The notes: a model not told the origin generated them from the sequence alone. 64,000 bases of DNA from Candidatus Multivorans sp. (GCA_965224025.1 OZ245033.1:4704001-4768000), one strand, 5' to 3'; positions 49,810 through 60,746 are shown, numbered from the stretch's first letter. A program made the numbers and translations.

Positions 49810-52473
49810 ATGCCCACGAAGTCCCGCACCCACGCCCGGCCGCCCGCAGTCTTGCTCGCCGCCCTTGCGCTGCTCGTTGCGGGCACCGCTGCCGCTCAGC
49901 CAGACGCTCAGCCCAACATCATCGTCGTCCTCGCCGACGACCTGGGCGTAGAGACGCTGGGTGTCTACGGCGGGACGTCCTACGAGACGCCGGAGCTCGA
50001 CCGGATCGCGGCGGAGGGTATGCGGTTCGAGAACGGGCACTCGCAGCCGCTGTGCACGCCGACCCGGGTCAAGCTGATGACGGGGCTGCACAACTACCGG
50101 AACTACCGGGAGTTCATGGAACTCGACCCGGCCGACGTCACGTTCGCCCACGTGCTGGCGCAGGCGGGGTACCGGACGGTGATCTCGGGCAAGTGGCAGT
50201 TGACGAACAACCTCTACATGGTCCACGAGGGCGCCTCGCCGCAGCAGGCGGGGTTCGACGAGCACCGGCTGTGGCAACTCCGCCGGGAGGGGCGCGGGTC
50301 GCGCTACTGGGGACCGACCCTGGTGACGAACGACCGCAAGGAGACCTGGGGCGACGACGTCTTCGGGCCCGATCTGACGAACGACTTCGTGCTTGAGGCG
50401 ATCGACGAGCACGCGGCGGCGGATCCGGCTACTCGCAAGCCGCTCTTCATCTACTACCCGATGGCGCTGCCCCACGATCCGTTCGTCACGACGCCGCACC
50501 ATCCGGACGCGGAGTCGAACCAGGAACGGTTCGCGGCGATGGTCGCCTACATGGACCACCTGGTGGGCCGGGTGCGGGCGAAGCTGATCGAGCACGAGCT
50601 GGACCGCGACACGCTGCTCCTGTTCATCGGCGACAACGGCACCTCAACGCGGATCACGTCGGTTCGCCACGGCCGCGAAGTCCTCGGCGGCAAGGGGCGG
50701 TCGCTCCGGACCGGCAGCCACGTGCCGTACCTCGCCTGGTGGCCGGGGACGATCTCCGGCGGTCAGGTGAACAAGACCCTGGTCGACGTCGGCGACGTGT
50801 TTCCCACTCTGGTCGAAACGGCTGGCGCCGGCCTGCCGCCCGGCCTCGACCTGAATGGCGAGAGCCTGCTGCCGATGCTCAAGGGCGGACCGGCGCTCGA
50901 CCGCGATGCCCTGTTCATCCACTACGAGTCACGCTGGTATGCGGGACCGCCGGCACGCTACGCCTTCGACGAGCGATTCAAGCGCTACGACGACGGCCGC
51001 CTGTTCGACCTCGTCGCGGACCCGAGCGAGCAGTCGCCGGCCGACGCCGCGAACCTCCCGCCGGAAGACGCCGCCCGCGTCGCGGCGATCGACTCCCTCC
51101 TGGCCTCCAAGCCCGGAGCGATCCGCTCCGCCGGCGCCTGGCGGCCGCCTACGCCCGCGGTCAACCGGTGGCGGCCGCCGGCCCACCGGCCGAACGTGCT
51201 GCTGTTCGTCGCCGACGACATGACGTACAACGACGCCGGCGCCCTGGGCAACCCCCAGGTCCACACGCCGAACCTGGACCGGCTCGCCGAGCAGGGGACG
51301 ACGTTCACCCACATGTACACCGCCACCGCGATGTGCTCGCCGACCCGGCACATGCTCTACACCGGCCAGTACCCGGTACGGAGCGGCGCCTACCCGAACC
51401 ACGCGAAGGCGAAGCCCGGCACGAAGAGCGTCGTCCACTACCTGACCGGTCTCGGCTACCGGGTCGGCCTGGCCGGCAAGTCCCACGTGGCGCCGGAAGA
51501 CGTCTACCCCTTTGAGAAGGTGGCGGGCCGCGACCTCGACTCGGGCCGGATCGGCGAGTTCATCGGCCGCGACCCGAATCAGCCGTTTGCGCTGATCGTC
51601 GCGTCGACGGAACCCCACCAGCCCTGGGGCAAGGGCGACCCGTCGCGCTACGACGCTGCGTCCCTCGAGCTGCCGGCCTACTTCGTCGACACCCCGGAGA
51701 CCCGCGAGGCCCTGACCCGCTACTACGCCGAGATCACGTTCATGGACGGCCAGCTCGGCCAGGTCCTCGATCTGCTCGAGGAGCACGCGGCTCACGAGAA
51801 CACGCTGACCATGTTCTACAGCGAGCAGGGCATCAGCGGTCCCCTGGCCAAGTGGACGCTCTACGAAGCCGGCATCCGCACCTCCGTCGTCGCCCGCTGG
51901 AGCCACAGGATTCCGGCCGGCCAGACGTCAGCCGCGCTGCTCCAGATCAACGATCTCCTGCCGACCTGGATCGAGGCCGCCGGAGGCACCGTGCCACCGG
52001 AGATCGAGGGCAGGAGCATGCTCGGCCTCCTGCTCGAGCCCGGTCCGAAGCACCGCGACGTGGTCTACGGCATTCAGACGACGACCGGCATCGTCGCCAA
52101 CCTGGAGCCCTACCCCATCCGCTCCATCCGCGACGAGCGCTACAAGCTGATCTGGAACATTGCCCACGAGAACCGGTTCACGAACCTCGTCACCGAGGAG
52201 AACCGGGACGGCTTCTACTTCTCGTGGCGCGACGCCGGCGAGACGGATGCCGCGGCCCGGGCGTTGTACGAGCGGTACCAGCACCGGCCGGAGTTCGAGT
52301 TCTTCGATCTGGAGGCGGACCCCCACGAGCTGGTGAACCTGGCGGATGAGCCGGCGCATCGGGGGCGGCTGGAGGAGCTGCACGCGCAGTTGCAGGCCTG
52401 GATGGAGGATCAGGGGGATCTGGGGCTGCAGACCGAGGTGGAAGCGCCGCAACACCAGACGCGGCCTCGGTAG
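49810..52473 (+). CDS. Secreted tandem two-domain sulfatase
   Basis: Signal peptide; two ADD...CxPxR modules (LCTPTR, MCSPTR), GKW and GKSH. Confidence 0.92.
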   Translation: MPTKSRTHARPPAVLLAALALLVAGTAAAQPDAQPNIIVVLADDLGVETLGVYGGTSYETPELDRIAAEGMRFENGHSQPLCTPTRVKLMTGLHNYRNYREFMELDPADVTFAHVLAQAGYRTVISGKWQLTNNLYMVHEGASPQQAGFDEHRLWQLRREGRGSRYWGPTLVTNDRKETWGDDVFGPDLTNDFVLEAIDEHAAADPATRKPLFIYYPMALPHDPFVTTPHHPDAESNQERFAAMVAYMDHLVGRVRAKLIEHELDRDTLLLFIGDNGTSTRITSVRHGREVLGGKGRSLRTGSHVPYLAWWPGTISGGQVNKTLVDVGDVFPTLVETAGAGLPPGLDLNGESLLPMLKGGPALDRDALFIHYESRWYAGPPARYAFDERFKRYDDGRLFDLVADPSEQSPADAANLPPEDAARVAAIDSLLASKPGAIRSAGAWRPPTPAVNRWRPPAHRPNVLLFVADDMTYNDAGALGNPQVHTPNLDRLAEQGTTFTHMYTATAMCSPTRHMLYTGQYPVRSGAYPNHAKAKPGTKSVVHYLTGLGYRVGLAGKSHVAPEDVYPFEKVAGRDLDSGRIGEFIGRDPNQPFALIVASTEPHQPWGKGDPSRYDAASLELPAYFVDTPETREALTRYYAEITFMDGQLGQVLDLLEEHAAHENTLTMFYSEQGISGPLAKWTLYEAGIRTSVVARWSHRIPAGQTSAALLQINDLLPTWIEAAGGTVPPEIEGRSMLGLLLEPGPKHRDVVYGIQTTTGIVANLEPYPIRSIRDERYKLIWNIAHENRFTNLVTEENRDGFYFSWRDAGETDAAARALYERYQHRPEFEFFDLEADPHELVNLADEPAHRGRLEELHAQLQAWMEDQGDLGLQTEVEAPQHQTRPR

Positions 52474-52478
52474 GAGGG

Positions 52479-53471
52479 TCAGGTCGCGGCTTCGCCTTCC
52501 GGCGGCGGGCAGTAGTCGTCGCCGATCGTTCGTCCGCCGTTGCCGTTCGGACGCTCCAGCTTGCCCGCCAGCACCTGCCGAGCCAACTGGTTGGCGCTGA
52601 TCATGGAAACCAGCGCAAGGCCTCCGATGTGGTCCGAAAGGGCCTTGACATCGCCGCCGTCGGCCATCTCCAGGGCATTCACGTACGCGGGTTTTCCTTC
52701 GGCGGTGACCACGGGCGGCGGCAGGGAGCGTTTCAGGTAGGCCCAAGCCATGAGCAACCGGGACACCCGCCCGTTGCCGTCCTGAAACGGATGGGTACGA
52801 ACGAAGCGGTGGTGCAGCCAAGCCGCCTCGACGTTGACCGGATAGTCGCCTTGAAACACGTCCCGACACAAAGCAAAGAAACGGTCCATCTCGGACTGGA
52901 CGTGCTCCGGCGGGCAGTACTCGTGAACCTTCCCGTCAGCGCGTCGCGGGTTGTTGGGCTGCGTCTTCCATCGTCCCTTTGTGCGGAACGGTACAGCAAC
53001 GCGGCGGCCCTCCAGGTCCAGGCCCGTGACCGTCTCCTGGTGGCGTACAAGCAGTTGGTGCCAGCTCTTCACCATGTGCTCCGAGAGCGGACGCCCGCTC
53101 GCAACGTCCTCGAAGACCATGTCGTAGGCAGCCTCCTGGTCCTCGAGTAAGCCCCGGATCGCCTCGTCCTCTAGCCCTTCGAGGGTGTGCGCGCCCATGA
53201 CGCCGGCGAACCCCTCCGCGACCAACTGCTCAGTCACGCCGCGGCGCAACGTGTAGAGCCCCTCGATCTGCCCGGTCTCGATGGCGAAGGCCCGCACACG
53301 CTCACGCAGCCATGACTGCATGAAGCGCTCCTTGGCGGCATCTCGCTTGAGCGCGTCGAGGTGCGCGGCCCAGGTCGCCTCCTGCTCGGCCTGTCCGGGC
53401 AACGCCCAGGGGGCGGCGCCAGCGGGCATTCCCTCAAGCGGCCTCCAACGCCAAGGTTCGTCGGCGGTCAT
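52479..53471 (-). CDS. Fic family protein
   Basis: HPFQDGNGRVSR; ETGQIEG inhibitory-type motif. Confidence 0.9.
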   Translation of the reverse strand: MTADEPWRWRPLEGMPAGAAPWALPGQAEQEATWAAHLDALKRDAAKERFMQSWLRERVRAFAIETGQIEGLYTLRRGVTEQLVAEGFAGVMGAHTLEGLEDEAIRGLLEDQEAAYDMVFEDVASGRPLSEHMVKSWHQLLVRHQETVTGLDLEGRRVAVPFRTKGRWKTQPNNPRRADGKVHEYCPPEHVQSEMDRFFALCRDVFQGDYPVNVEAAWLHHRFVRTHPFQDGNGRVSRLLMAWAYLKRSLPPPVVTAEGKPAYVNALEMADGGDVKALSDHIGGLALVSMISANQLARQVLAGKLERPNGNGGRTIGDDYCPPPEGEAAT

Positions 53472-53494
53472 CGCCTGATTGTAGTGGCGGCGCC

Positions 53495-55354
53495 CTACGC
53501 CGCCGTCTCCTGCTGGGCGTACTGCAACTGGTACAGGCGCCAGTAGACGCCGCGGAGGTCGAGGAGTTCGTCGTGGGTGCCGTGCTCGCAGATGGCGCCG
53601 TGGTGGAAGACGTAGATGCGGTCGACGTCCTTGATCGTCGACAGGCGGTGGGCGACGACGATCGAGGTCTTGCCCTCCATGAGGTGCCGGAGGGCGTCCT
53701 GAATCAGGGCCTCGGTCTCGGTGTCGACGCTGGAGGTCGCCTCGTCCAGCAGCAGCAGTTGCGGTTCGCGCGCCAGGGCGCGGGCGAAGGAAAGCAACTG
53801 CCGCTGACCGGTCGAGAAGTTGACGCCGCGCTCGCTGACCTTGTGCTGCCAGCCGTTCGGCAGCCGCTCGATCAGCTCGTCGACGTGGGTCGCCCGGGCC
53901 GCCTCGTCGACCACATCGTCGTCCACGTCGCGGCCGAGAACGATGTTGTAGCGCAGGTCGCCGTCGAACAGGAAAACGTCCTGGAGCACGAAGGCCAGCC
54001 GGCGGCGGAGTTCGGGCTTCGGAATCTCCCGGATGTCCCGGCCGTCGACGCGGATTGCACCTTCCTGGAGCTCGTAGAGACGCGCCAGCAGCTTGAGCGT
54101 GGTCGTCTTGCCGGAGCCGGTGTGGCCGACGATCGCCACCCGCTCGCCGGCGGCGACGCGGAAGGAGACGTTGCGCAGGACCGTCTCCGCGCCGTACGAG
54201 AAGGTCACGCCGTCGAACTCGACTTCGCAGCCGCCGCGTTGCGGGCCGGCAGCGGCCTCGGCCGGCGATTCGATCCGCCCCTCCGGTTCCCGCGGCTCGT
54301 CGAGGAGCTGGAACACGCGTTCGGCGCTCGCCATCGAGGACTGCATCACCGAATACTTGGCGGACAGGTCCATCAGCGGCCGGAAGAAGCGGCCCATGTA
54401 GTCGGTGAAGACGTACATCGTGCCGAGCGTGATCTCGCCGACGCCGAGCAGTCTGGCGCCGTACCAGAAGATCAGCGCCCGGGTCAGGTTCGTCGCCAGA
54501 TCGACGGACGAAAACAGCAGGGCGTCGTAGCGGATCGAGCGCAGCCAGGAATCGCGGTGGGAGGCGTTCTCGCGCTCGAAGTCCCGCTGGTTCCGCCGTT
54601 CGCGGGCGAACAACTGGACCACCTTCATGCCGGTGATCGTTTCCTGCAGGTGAGCGTTCAGGCGCGCGATCTTGACCCGGACCTCCCGGAATGCCTCGCG
54701 CACCTTGTAGCGGAAGATCGCCGCCGCAATTCCCAGCAAGGGCACCAGGGCGAGGGCCGCCAGGGCCAGACGGGGTTCCATCGAAAACAGCATGGTGAGA
54801 ATCACGACCATCACGAACACGTCCGCGACCATCGCAATCACGCCGGCCGAGAACATCTCCGCCAGGTTCTCCAGGTCGTTCGTGAGCCGCGTCACCAAGC
54901 GGCCCACCGGGTAGCGGTCGAAGAAGCGCATCGGCAGACGCTGGACGTGATCGAACAGCGTCCTCCGGACGTCGCGGATCGTGCGCTGGCCGAGCGAGAT
55001 CATGGTGAAGGCGCGCAGCCACTCCATGGTGAGCGTGAGCATCGAGATGCCGAGCACCAGGATGAACATCCAGGCCAGCGGCGGCAGGCCGAACCGCGGC
55101 ACGACGAAGGGGGCCATCCACCCCACTTCCGACGTCGCGACACCCTCGGTCAGGTAGTTGAGCGCCGCGCCCACGACCAGCGCCGGCATCAACTCAAGCA
55201 CCGCACGCACCGGCACGAGGGCGAAGTTGAAGCCGATCCAGCCCCGGTAGGGCCGCATGAACGGCCAGAGCCGCTTGATCAGCTCGCTGTCGTAGACCTT
55301 GCCGAGGTCGCGCTCGCGGCCCGGCCCGACGGCTTCGCTCCGTTCCTCGCTCAC
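53495..55354 (-). CDS. ABC exporter ATP-binding/permease (MdlB-like)
   Basis: TMD + GHTGSGKT, FSTGQRQ, LLDEATSSVD. Confidence 0.92.
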   Translation of the reverse strand: MSEERSEAVGPGRERDLGKVYDSELIKRLWPFMRPYRGWIGFNFALVPVRAVLELMPALVVGAALNYLTEGVATSEVGWMAPFVVPRFGLPPLAWMFILVLGISMLTLTMEWLRAFTMISLGQRTIRDVRRTLFDHVQRLPMRFFDRYPVGRLVTRLTNDLENLAEMFSAGVIAMVADVFVMVVILTMLFSMEPRLALAALALVPLLGIAAAIFRYKVREAFREVRVKIARLNAHLQETITGMKVVQLFARERRNQRDFERENASHRDSWLRSIRYDALLFSSVDLATNLTRALIFWYGARLLGVGEITLGTMYVFTDYMGRFFRPLMDLSAKYSVMQSSMASAERVFQLLDEPREPEGRIESPAEAAAGPQRGGCEVEFDGVTFSYGAETVLRNVSFRVAAGERVAIVGHTGSGKTTTLKLLARLYELQEGAIRVDGRDIREIPKPELRRRLAFVLQDVFLFDGDLRYNIVLGRDVDDDVVDEAARATHVDELIERLPNGWQHKVSERGVNFSTGQRQLLSFARALAREPQLLLLDEATSSVDTETEALIQDALRHLMEGKTSIVVAHRLSTIKDVDRIYVFHHGAICEHGTHDELLDLRGVYWRLYQLQYAQQETAA

Positions 55355-57264
55355 GACGACTCTTCCCCGGGCCCAGTCCGCGGCACGCCGGCCACCGTGC
55401 CGGCGTGGCCCGGATCCGGAACGAGGACGCCGCCATCGCCCAGCGCCATCCGCGCGCCCGATGACGGGCGCTCGGACTGGTTCGCGGTTGGCGCGGGATC
55501 GCGCCAACCGGGTTCAAGCTCGGACAGCAGTTCCTGGCGACGGTGCAGGCGGGCGTAGAAGCCGCCCAAATCCACCAGTTCCCGGTGCGTCCCGCGCTCC
55601 GTGATGCGGCCGTTCTCTAGCACGACGATCTGATCGGCGCCCCGCACCGCCGAGATGCGGTGCGCGACGATGAAGCAGGTGCGGCCGCGCCGCTTCCCCT
55701 CGATGTCGCCCAGGATCGCCTCCTCGGTGCCGTGGTCGACGCTCGACAGCGAGTCGTCGAGGATGAGGATCGAGGGGCGCAGGATCATCGCCCGCGCCAG
55801 GGCCACTCGCTGGCGCTGGCCGCCCGAGAGGGTGACCCCGCGTTCGCCGACGACGGTGTCGAAGCCGTCCTCGAATTCTTCGATCTCCCGTTCGACCTGG
55901 GCCCGCGCCGCGGCGCGGCGCACCTGCTCAAGATCGACATCGGGGACGCCGTAGCGGATGTTCTCGGCCACCGAGATGGAGAACAGGAAACTGTCCTGCG
56001 GCACCATGGCGATGCTCGAACGCAGCACCTGGACCGGCATTCGGTTCAGGTCCACGCCGTCGATCAGGATGGCGCCGTCGTCGACCTCCAGGATCCTCGG
56101 CACCAAGCCGACCAGGGTCGTTTTGCCCGACCCCACCGGCCCCACGATGCCGACCGTGCTGCCGGCTTCGACCACCAAGTCTATCCCAACGAGCGCCGGC
56201 AGGTAGCTGCCGGGATAGGTGAAGGTCAGGTTGCGGAACTCGACCCGGCTGGCCACTTCCGAAACCTCCGCGACATCCTCCCGGTCGCGGATCGAGGGCA
56301 CGATGTCCAGCACCGTCCCCAACCGCTCGAGCCCCGCGAGCCCGCGCTGGGTGATCGAGACGACGAACCCCAGCATCATGGTCGGGAAGGTCAGCATCAC
56401 GATGTAGCCCCAGAACAGCCACAGATCCTCAACGCCGAGCAGCCCCGCCTGCACCCTCTGCCCTCCCAGCCACAGCACAAGGGCGGCCGAGATGGACGGC
56501 ACCACGCCGACGGAGGCGAACATCGTCGTCTGCATGACGCCGACCTTCATCATGCGCCGGAACAGCTCCTGGTTCTGGTCGTCGAAGCGGTCGCGCTCCA
56601 GGTCAGGCAGGTCGTAGGCCTTGACCACCAGGGCGCCGGAGGCGTTCTCCTGCACCACGGTCGAGACCTTGCCGAGCTGCTCCTGGCCGGCCAGGTTGGC
56701 CTGGAACATGTACCGGCTGTAGTGCCGTGTAACGAGCACGAAGATCGGAAAGGAAGCCATCGACCAGAGGGTCAGCACGGCGTCCACGCGCAACATGACC
56801 ACCAGGGCGCCGAGGAACAGCACAGGCGTCTGCAGGAGGTTCAGGAAACCCATGCCCAGGAACATCCGGATGCTGTTGATGTCGTTCACGGCACGCGACA
56901 TCAGATCGCCGGTGCGGTGCGCCAGGAAGAAGGACTGCGGCAGGCTCTGCAGGTGGGCGAAGTAGTCGTTGCGGATGCGGTACTCGATCTGGCGGCCGAT
57001 GTTGAACATCACGATCCGCGAGAACAGCCTTGTTGCGGCCAGGCCGCCCGCGGCCAGCACCAGGAACAGCACCTCGCGCTGGAAGCTCTCCGGGGGGCCC
57101 TCGAGCGCGGCGACGATGTTCCGCCCGGCCAGCGGAATGAGCTGGAAGAAGGCGACGTACAGGAGCGTGAGAACCCCGCCCAGGACGTAGGCGCCGGGCG
57201 CCAGGCGCATGTACGCGAACAGGCGGGCGAGCGGCTTCTGGCTTCCTCCCGACTCACCGTCCAT
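55351..57264 (-). CDS. ABC exporter ATP-binding/permease (MdlA-like)
   Basis: TMD + GPVGSGKT, LSGGQRQR, LDDSLSSVD (degenerate site of a heterodimer). Confidence 0.92.
   Translation of the reverse strand: MDGESGGSQKPLARLFAYMRLAPGAYVLGGVLTLLYVAFFQLIPLAGRNIVAALEGPPESFQREVLFLVLAAGGLAATRLFSRIVMFNIGRQIEYRIRNDYFAHLQSLPQSFFLAHRTGDLMSRAVNDINSIRMFLGMGFLNLLQTPVLFLGALVVMLRVDAVLTLWSMASFPIFVLVTRHYSRYMFQANLAGQEQLGKVSTVVQENASGALVVKAYDLPDLERDRFDDQNQELFRRMMKVGVMQTTMFASVGVVPSISAALVLWLGGQRVQAGLLGVEDLWLFWGYIVMLTFPTMMLGFVVSITQRGLAGLERLGTVLDIVPSIRDREDVAEVSEVASRVEFRNLTFTYPGSYLPALVGIDLVVEAGSTVGIVGPVGSGKTTLVGLVPRILEVDDGAILIDGVDLNRMPVQVLRSSIAMVPQDSFLFSISVAENIRYGVPDVDLEQVRRAAARAQVEREIEEFEDGFDTVVGERGVTLSGGQRQRVALARAMILRPSILILDDSLSSVDHGTEEAILGDIEGKRRGRTCFIVAHRISAVRGADQIVVLENGRITERGTHRELVDLGGFYARLHRRQELLSELEPGWRDPAPTANQSERPSSGARMALGDGGVLVPDPGHAGTVAGVPRTGPGEESS
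55445..55515. repeat. Twin-hairpin repeat, copy 1
   Basis: Near-identical to 62612-62681. Confidence 0.8.
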
Positions 57265-57353
57265 GGCGGGGGACCATACCAACGCGCTTCCCCCGATCGC
57301 CCTGCCGCTGGGGTAGGCTGCCGCAGCTTTCCCCGCCCGCCCACTGCCAATCC

Positions 57354-57992
57354 ATGAAGCTGCACTGGTTCGTCTTCCTCGCCCTGATCGGCATGTGCCT
57401 CACCGTGGGCGCGGCCTTCGTCACGCCGCAGACGCCCTACGAGGACGTGGTCCTGGAGGACGGCACGACCGAGCGGGTGATCAAGAGCCGCGGCTTCGAG
57501 CACGACCGCTTCGCGACCATGCGCCAGGGCGGGTCGGGCGCCGAGCGCCACGCCACGACGCTCTGGATCGGCTGGGCGTTCGTGATCTTCCAGGTGCTCT
57601 TCTTCGGCGGCTGCCTGGCGATGGGCATGGAGCGGCGCCGAGCGGGCGGCGCATCCCTGGGACCGGCCAAGCGGCCGCTGATCGTCGGCACCCTGGTTCT
57701 GGCCGCGATCTTCACCGCGCTCGTGTTCTCGTACCAGCGCTACGCCACCGAGGACACGCACACCCTGTTCCTGGGCTTCCCCAGGCCCACGGCGTGGGTG
57801 TTCTACGCGGTGTGGCCGTTCCCGGTGTTCCTGATGGTCGTCTACATGCGGATCTTCGACCGCTGGTTCTTCACCGAAGAGGACGAACGCAAGGTGGCGG
57901 AACTCGCCGCGGCGCAACGCCTGAAGGAGAGAGAGAACCGGAAGGAACTTGAAGCCGGCGGCAGCGACGCGGCCCGGGCGGGAGGCTGCTGA
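57354..57992 (+). CDS. Membrane protein, probable symporter accessory subunit
   Basis: 4 TM segments; TGATG overlap with the symporter. Confidence 0.7.
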   Translation: MKLHWFVFLALIGMCLTVGAAFVTPQTPYEDVVLEDGTTERVIKSRGFEHDRFATMRQGGSGAERHATTLWIGWAFVIFQVLFFGGCLAMGMERRRAGGASLGPAKRPLIVGTLVLAAIFTALVFSYQRYATEDTHTLFLGFPRPTAWVFYAVWPFPVFLMVVYMRIFDRWFFTEEDERKVAELAAAQRLKERENRKELEAGGSDAARAGGC

Positions 57993-59479
57993 TGGAAGAG
58001 AGCCGCAACGCCGTCGTCCTGACCTGCCTCCTCATCTACTTCGCGCTGTGCATCGGCGTCGGCATCTGGGCGCTCAGGCGCACGAAGTCGTCCCAGGACT
58101 TCTTCATGGCCGGCCGCGAACTCGGCATCATCGTCACCGCCTTCGCGCTCTTCTCGAGCACGCTCTCCGGCTTCGGTTTCGTCGGCGGCCCCGGCCTCGT
58201 CTACAGCCAGGGCATGACTTCGGTGTGGATGATCGTCTGCGGCACGGTGGCGAGCTGCTTCACCTTCTTCCTGGTGGCGAAGCGGCTGCGCATCTTCTCG
58301 GAGGTGTACCAGACGGTGTCGCTGCCGGACACCGTGGCGCTGCGCTACCAGAGCGAGACCAGCCGATTCCTGACCGCCGTGGCGATCATCCTCGGCGTCG
58401 TGGGCTACCTGGCGGCGCAGATCATGGCGATGGCGGTGGTGCTGCAGGAGATCCTGAACAACGTCGACGGCATGCCCCACGTGAGCCTCGGCGCCTCCAT
58501 GGCCATCTCCGTCGCCGTCCTCGTCTTCTACTGCGTGACCGGCGGCATCATCGCCGGCGTCTACACCGACGTCGTCCAGGGCGCGGTGATGGCGATCGCC
58601 GGCGTGCTGGTGGTCATCGCGGCGATAGGCGCGGTCGACGGCGGCATCGCCGGCGGCGCCATGACGCTGGTGAACGACGATCCGGAGGCGATCGGACCGT
58701 GGGGCACCCTCGGCATCATGGGGGCGCTGTCCTACTACCTCCTGTTCGTGGTCGGGGCCTGCGGACAGCCCCACATCATCACCAAGCTGATGATGAACAA
58801 GCGGATCCGCCAGTTCAAGCAGATCTTCATGGTCAGCGCGATCGCCGGCTTCTTCGCGGCGCTGCTGTGGATCGCGATCGGCTTCGCGATGCGGGCGCTG
58901 GTCGTGGCCGGCGACCATCCCGAACTCGGGCAGCCCGACGACGCGGCATATGCGTTCCTCCAGGCGTACGCCCATCCGATCCTGGCCGGCATCGTTTTCG
59001 CCGCTCTCTTCGCCGCCATCATGTCGACTGCGGACGGCTTCCTCAACATCGGCGCCGCCGCGATCATCCACGACATTCCCAAGGCGCTCTTCGGCAAGCC
59101 ACTCAAGAAGGAGCTGTTCTGGGCCCGCGTGGCGACCCTGGGTCTGGCCGTGGGCGCGGCGCTCTTCGTGAGCCTCTCCAAGGAGGACCTGGTCGCCCTG
59201 CTCGGCACTTTCGGCTGGGGGACGTTCGCCGCCGCGCTGGTGCCGACGGTGGCGATCGGTTTCAACTGGAAACGCGCGACGGCGCTCGCGGCGAACGTCG
59301 CCATCATCTCGAGCCTCGCCGTGAACTTCTTCATCGAGATCGCGGGGATCCAGGTGCCCCACGGCATCCACGGCGGCGCCATCTCGCTGCTGCTCTCGCT
59401 GACCCTGTTCTTCGGCATCTCCCTGCTGTCGAAACCGCGGCCGCTTCCACGCGAGGTGGACGCGATCCTCGATCTGTAG
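57992..59479 (+). CDS. Sodium:solute (proline-type) symporter
   Basis: DFFMAGR, SGFGFVGGPG, YTDVVQG, GQPHI, AAIMSTAD. Confidence 0.92.
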   Translation: MEESRNAVVLTCLLIYFALCIGVGIWALRRTKSSQDFFMAGRELGIIVTAFALFSSTLSGFGFVGGPGLVYSQGMTSVWMIVCGTVASCFTFFLVAKRLRIFSEVYQTVSLPDTVALRYQSETSRFLTAVAIILGVVGYLAAQIMAMAVVLQEILNNVDGMPHVSLGASMAISVAVLVFYCVTGGIIAGVYTDVVQGAVMAIAGVLVVIAAIGAVDGGIAGGAMTLVNDDPEAIGPWGTLGIMGALSYYLLFVVGACGQPHIITKLMMNKRIRQFKQIFMVSAIAGFFAALLWIAIGFAMRALVVAGDHPELGQPDDAAYAFLQAYAHPILAGIVFAALFAAIMSTADGFLNIGAAAIIHDIPKALFGKPLKKELFWARVATLGLAVGAALFVSLSKEDLVALLGTFGWGTFAAALVPTVAIGFNWKRATALAANVAIISSLAVNFFIEIAGIQVPHGIHGGAISLLLSLTLFFGISLLSKPRPLPREVDAILDL

Positions 59480-59492
59480 CAGCAATCCGCGA

Positions 59493-60434
59493 ATGACGGT
59501 TTCGCCCAACTTCCAGCGCTCCAGCCCCGCCACCGACCGCGGCTTTGCCGATGTCGACGCGGTCGTCGCCGCCCTGCGCGCGGAGGACTACATCGCCGAA
59601 CGGGACCTCGCAACCGCGATCTACCTGTCGCTGCGCATGGGCAAGCCGATCTTCCTGGAAGGCGAACCCGGCGTCGGCAAGACGGAGGTCGCCAAGGTCC
59701 TCTCGCGTTGCCTGGGCTCCGAACTGATCCGGCTCCAGTGCTACGAGGGGCTCGACGTTTCGACCGCCGTCTACGAGTGGAACTACCGCCGGCAGTTGCT
59801 CCACCTGCGCGGCGTGGAGGCGGCCGGCGGAGGCGACGCCCGGGGCGCCGTGGACGACGTCTTCTCCTCCGACTTCCTGCTCGAGCGGCCCCTCTTGCGC
59901 GCCGTCCAGACGAGCCGCGGGGGCGAGGCCCCGCCGGTCCTGCTGATCGACGAACTCGACCGGGCCGACGAAGAGTTCGAGGCCTACCTGCTCGAGATCC
60001 TGGCCGACTTCCAGATCACGATCCCCGAGATCGGCACGGTCGCCGCAGAAGAGCCCCCGGTCGCGGTCGTCACCTCGAACCGCACCCGCGAGGTCCACGA
60101 CGCGCTGAAGCGCCGCTGCCTCTACCACTGGATCGACTTCCCCGACTACGAAAAGGAAGTCCAGATCGTGCTGCGGCGCGTACCCGAGGCGCCCGAACAC
60201 TTCGCCTCCCAGATCGTCCGCCTGGTGCAGGCGCTGCGCGAGGAGGACCTGTTCAAGCAGCCGGGCGTCGCCGAGACCCTGGACTGGACGAACGCCCTGA
60301 TCGCCCTCGACCAGGAAACGCTTTCCGACGGCATCCTCCGCGACACCCTGGGGGTGCTCCTCAAGTACCAGGACGACCTCGACAAGATCGACGACGAGGC
60401 GGTCCGCCGGCTACTCCGGAAGAGCCAGTCGTAG
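59493..60434 (+). CDS. MoxR/CoxD-type AAA+ ATPase
   Basis: LEGEPGVGKTE, RLQCYEGLD, LIDELDRADEEFE, TSNRTREVHDALKRRC. Confidence 0.92.
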   Translation: MTVSPNFQRSSPATDRGFADVDAVVAALRAEDYIAERDLATAIYLSLRMGKPIFLEGEPGVGKTEVAKVLSRCLGSELIRLQCYEGLDVSTAVYEWNYRRQLLHLRGVEAAGGGDARGAVDDVFSSDFLLERPLLRAVQTSRGGEAPPVLLIDELDRADEEFEAYLLEILADFQITIPEIGTVAAEEPPVAVVTSNRTREVHDALKRRCLYHWIDFPDYEKEVQIVLRRVPEAPEHFASQIVRLVQALREEDLFKQPGVAETLDWTNALIALDQETLSDGILRDTLGVLLKYQDDLDKIDDEAVRRLLRKSQS

Positions 60435-60515
60435 CCGCTTCGTCGCGGCGCGTTTGACCTGCTCAGAGACCCACTGCTGCCGTGATCTAGCTAAACTAGC
60501 TAGGTAGGGGGAAAG

Positions 60516-60746
60516 ATGCTCGTCAACATGCACGCCGCCAAGTCGCAATTGTCGAAGCTCATCGTCGCCGCCGAAGCGGGCGACGACGTGATCATCGCCC
60601 GCGGGGGCAAGCCCGCGGTGAGGCTGGTTCCCGTGACGTCGAAGACGTTCCGTTTCGGCAGTTTGGCCCATTTGGTCAAGTCCGTGCCTGACTTCGATGA
60701 AGCGATGGACGACGCCGAGTTGGCTCTCTGGGAGGGAACGTCCTGA
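60516..60746 (+). CDS. Phd/YefM-family antitoxin
   Basis: VNMHAAKSQLSKLI..AEAGDDVIIARGGKPAVRLVP. Confidence 0.9.
   Translation: MLVNMHAAKSQLSKLIVAAEAGDDVIIARGGKPAVRLVPVTSKTFRFGSLAHLVKSVPDFDEAMDDAELALWEGTS

Noticed and set aside
52479-55121. 880-aa Fic fusion listed in the ORF track
   Set aside because: The upstream part is an off-frame overlap of the ABC exporter; Fic starts at 53471.
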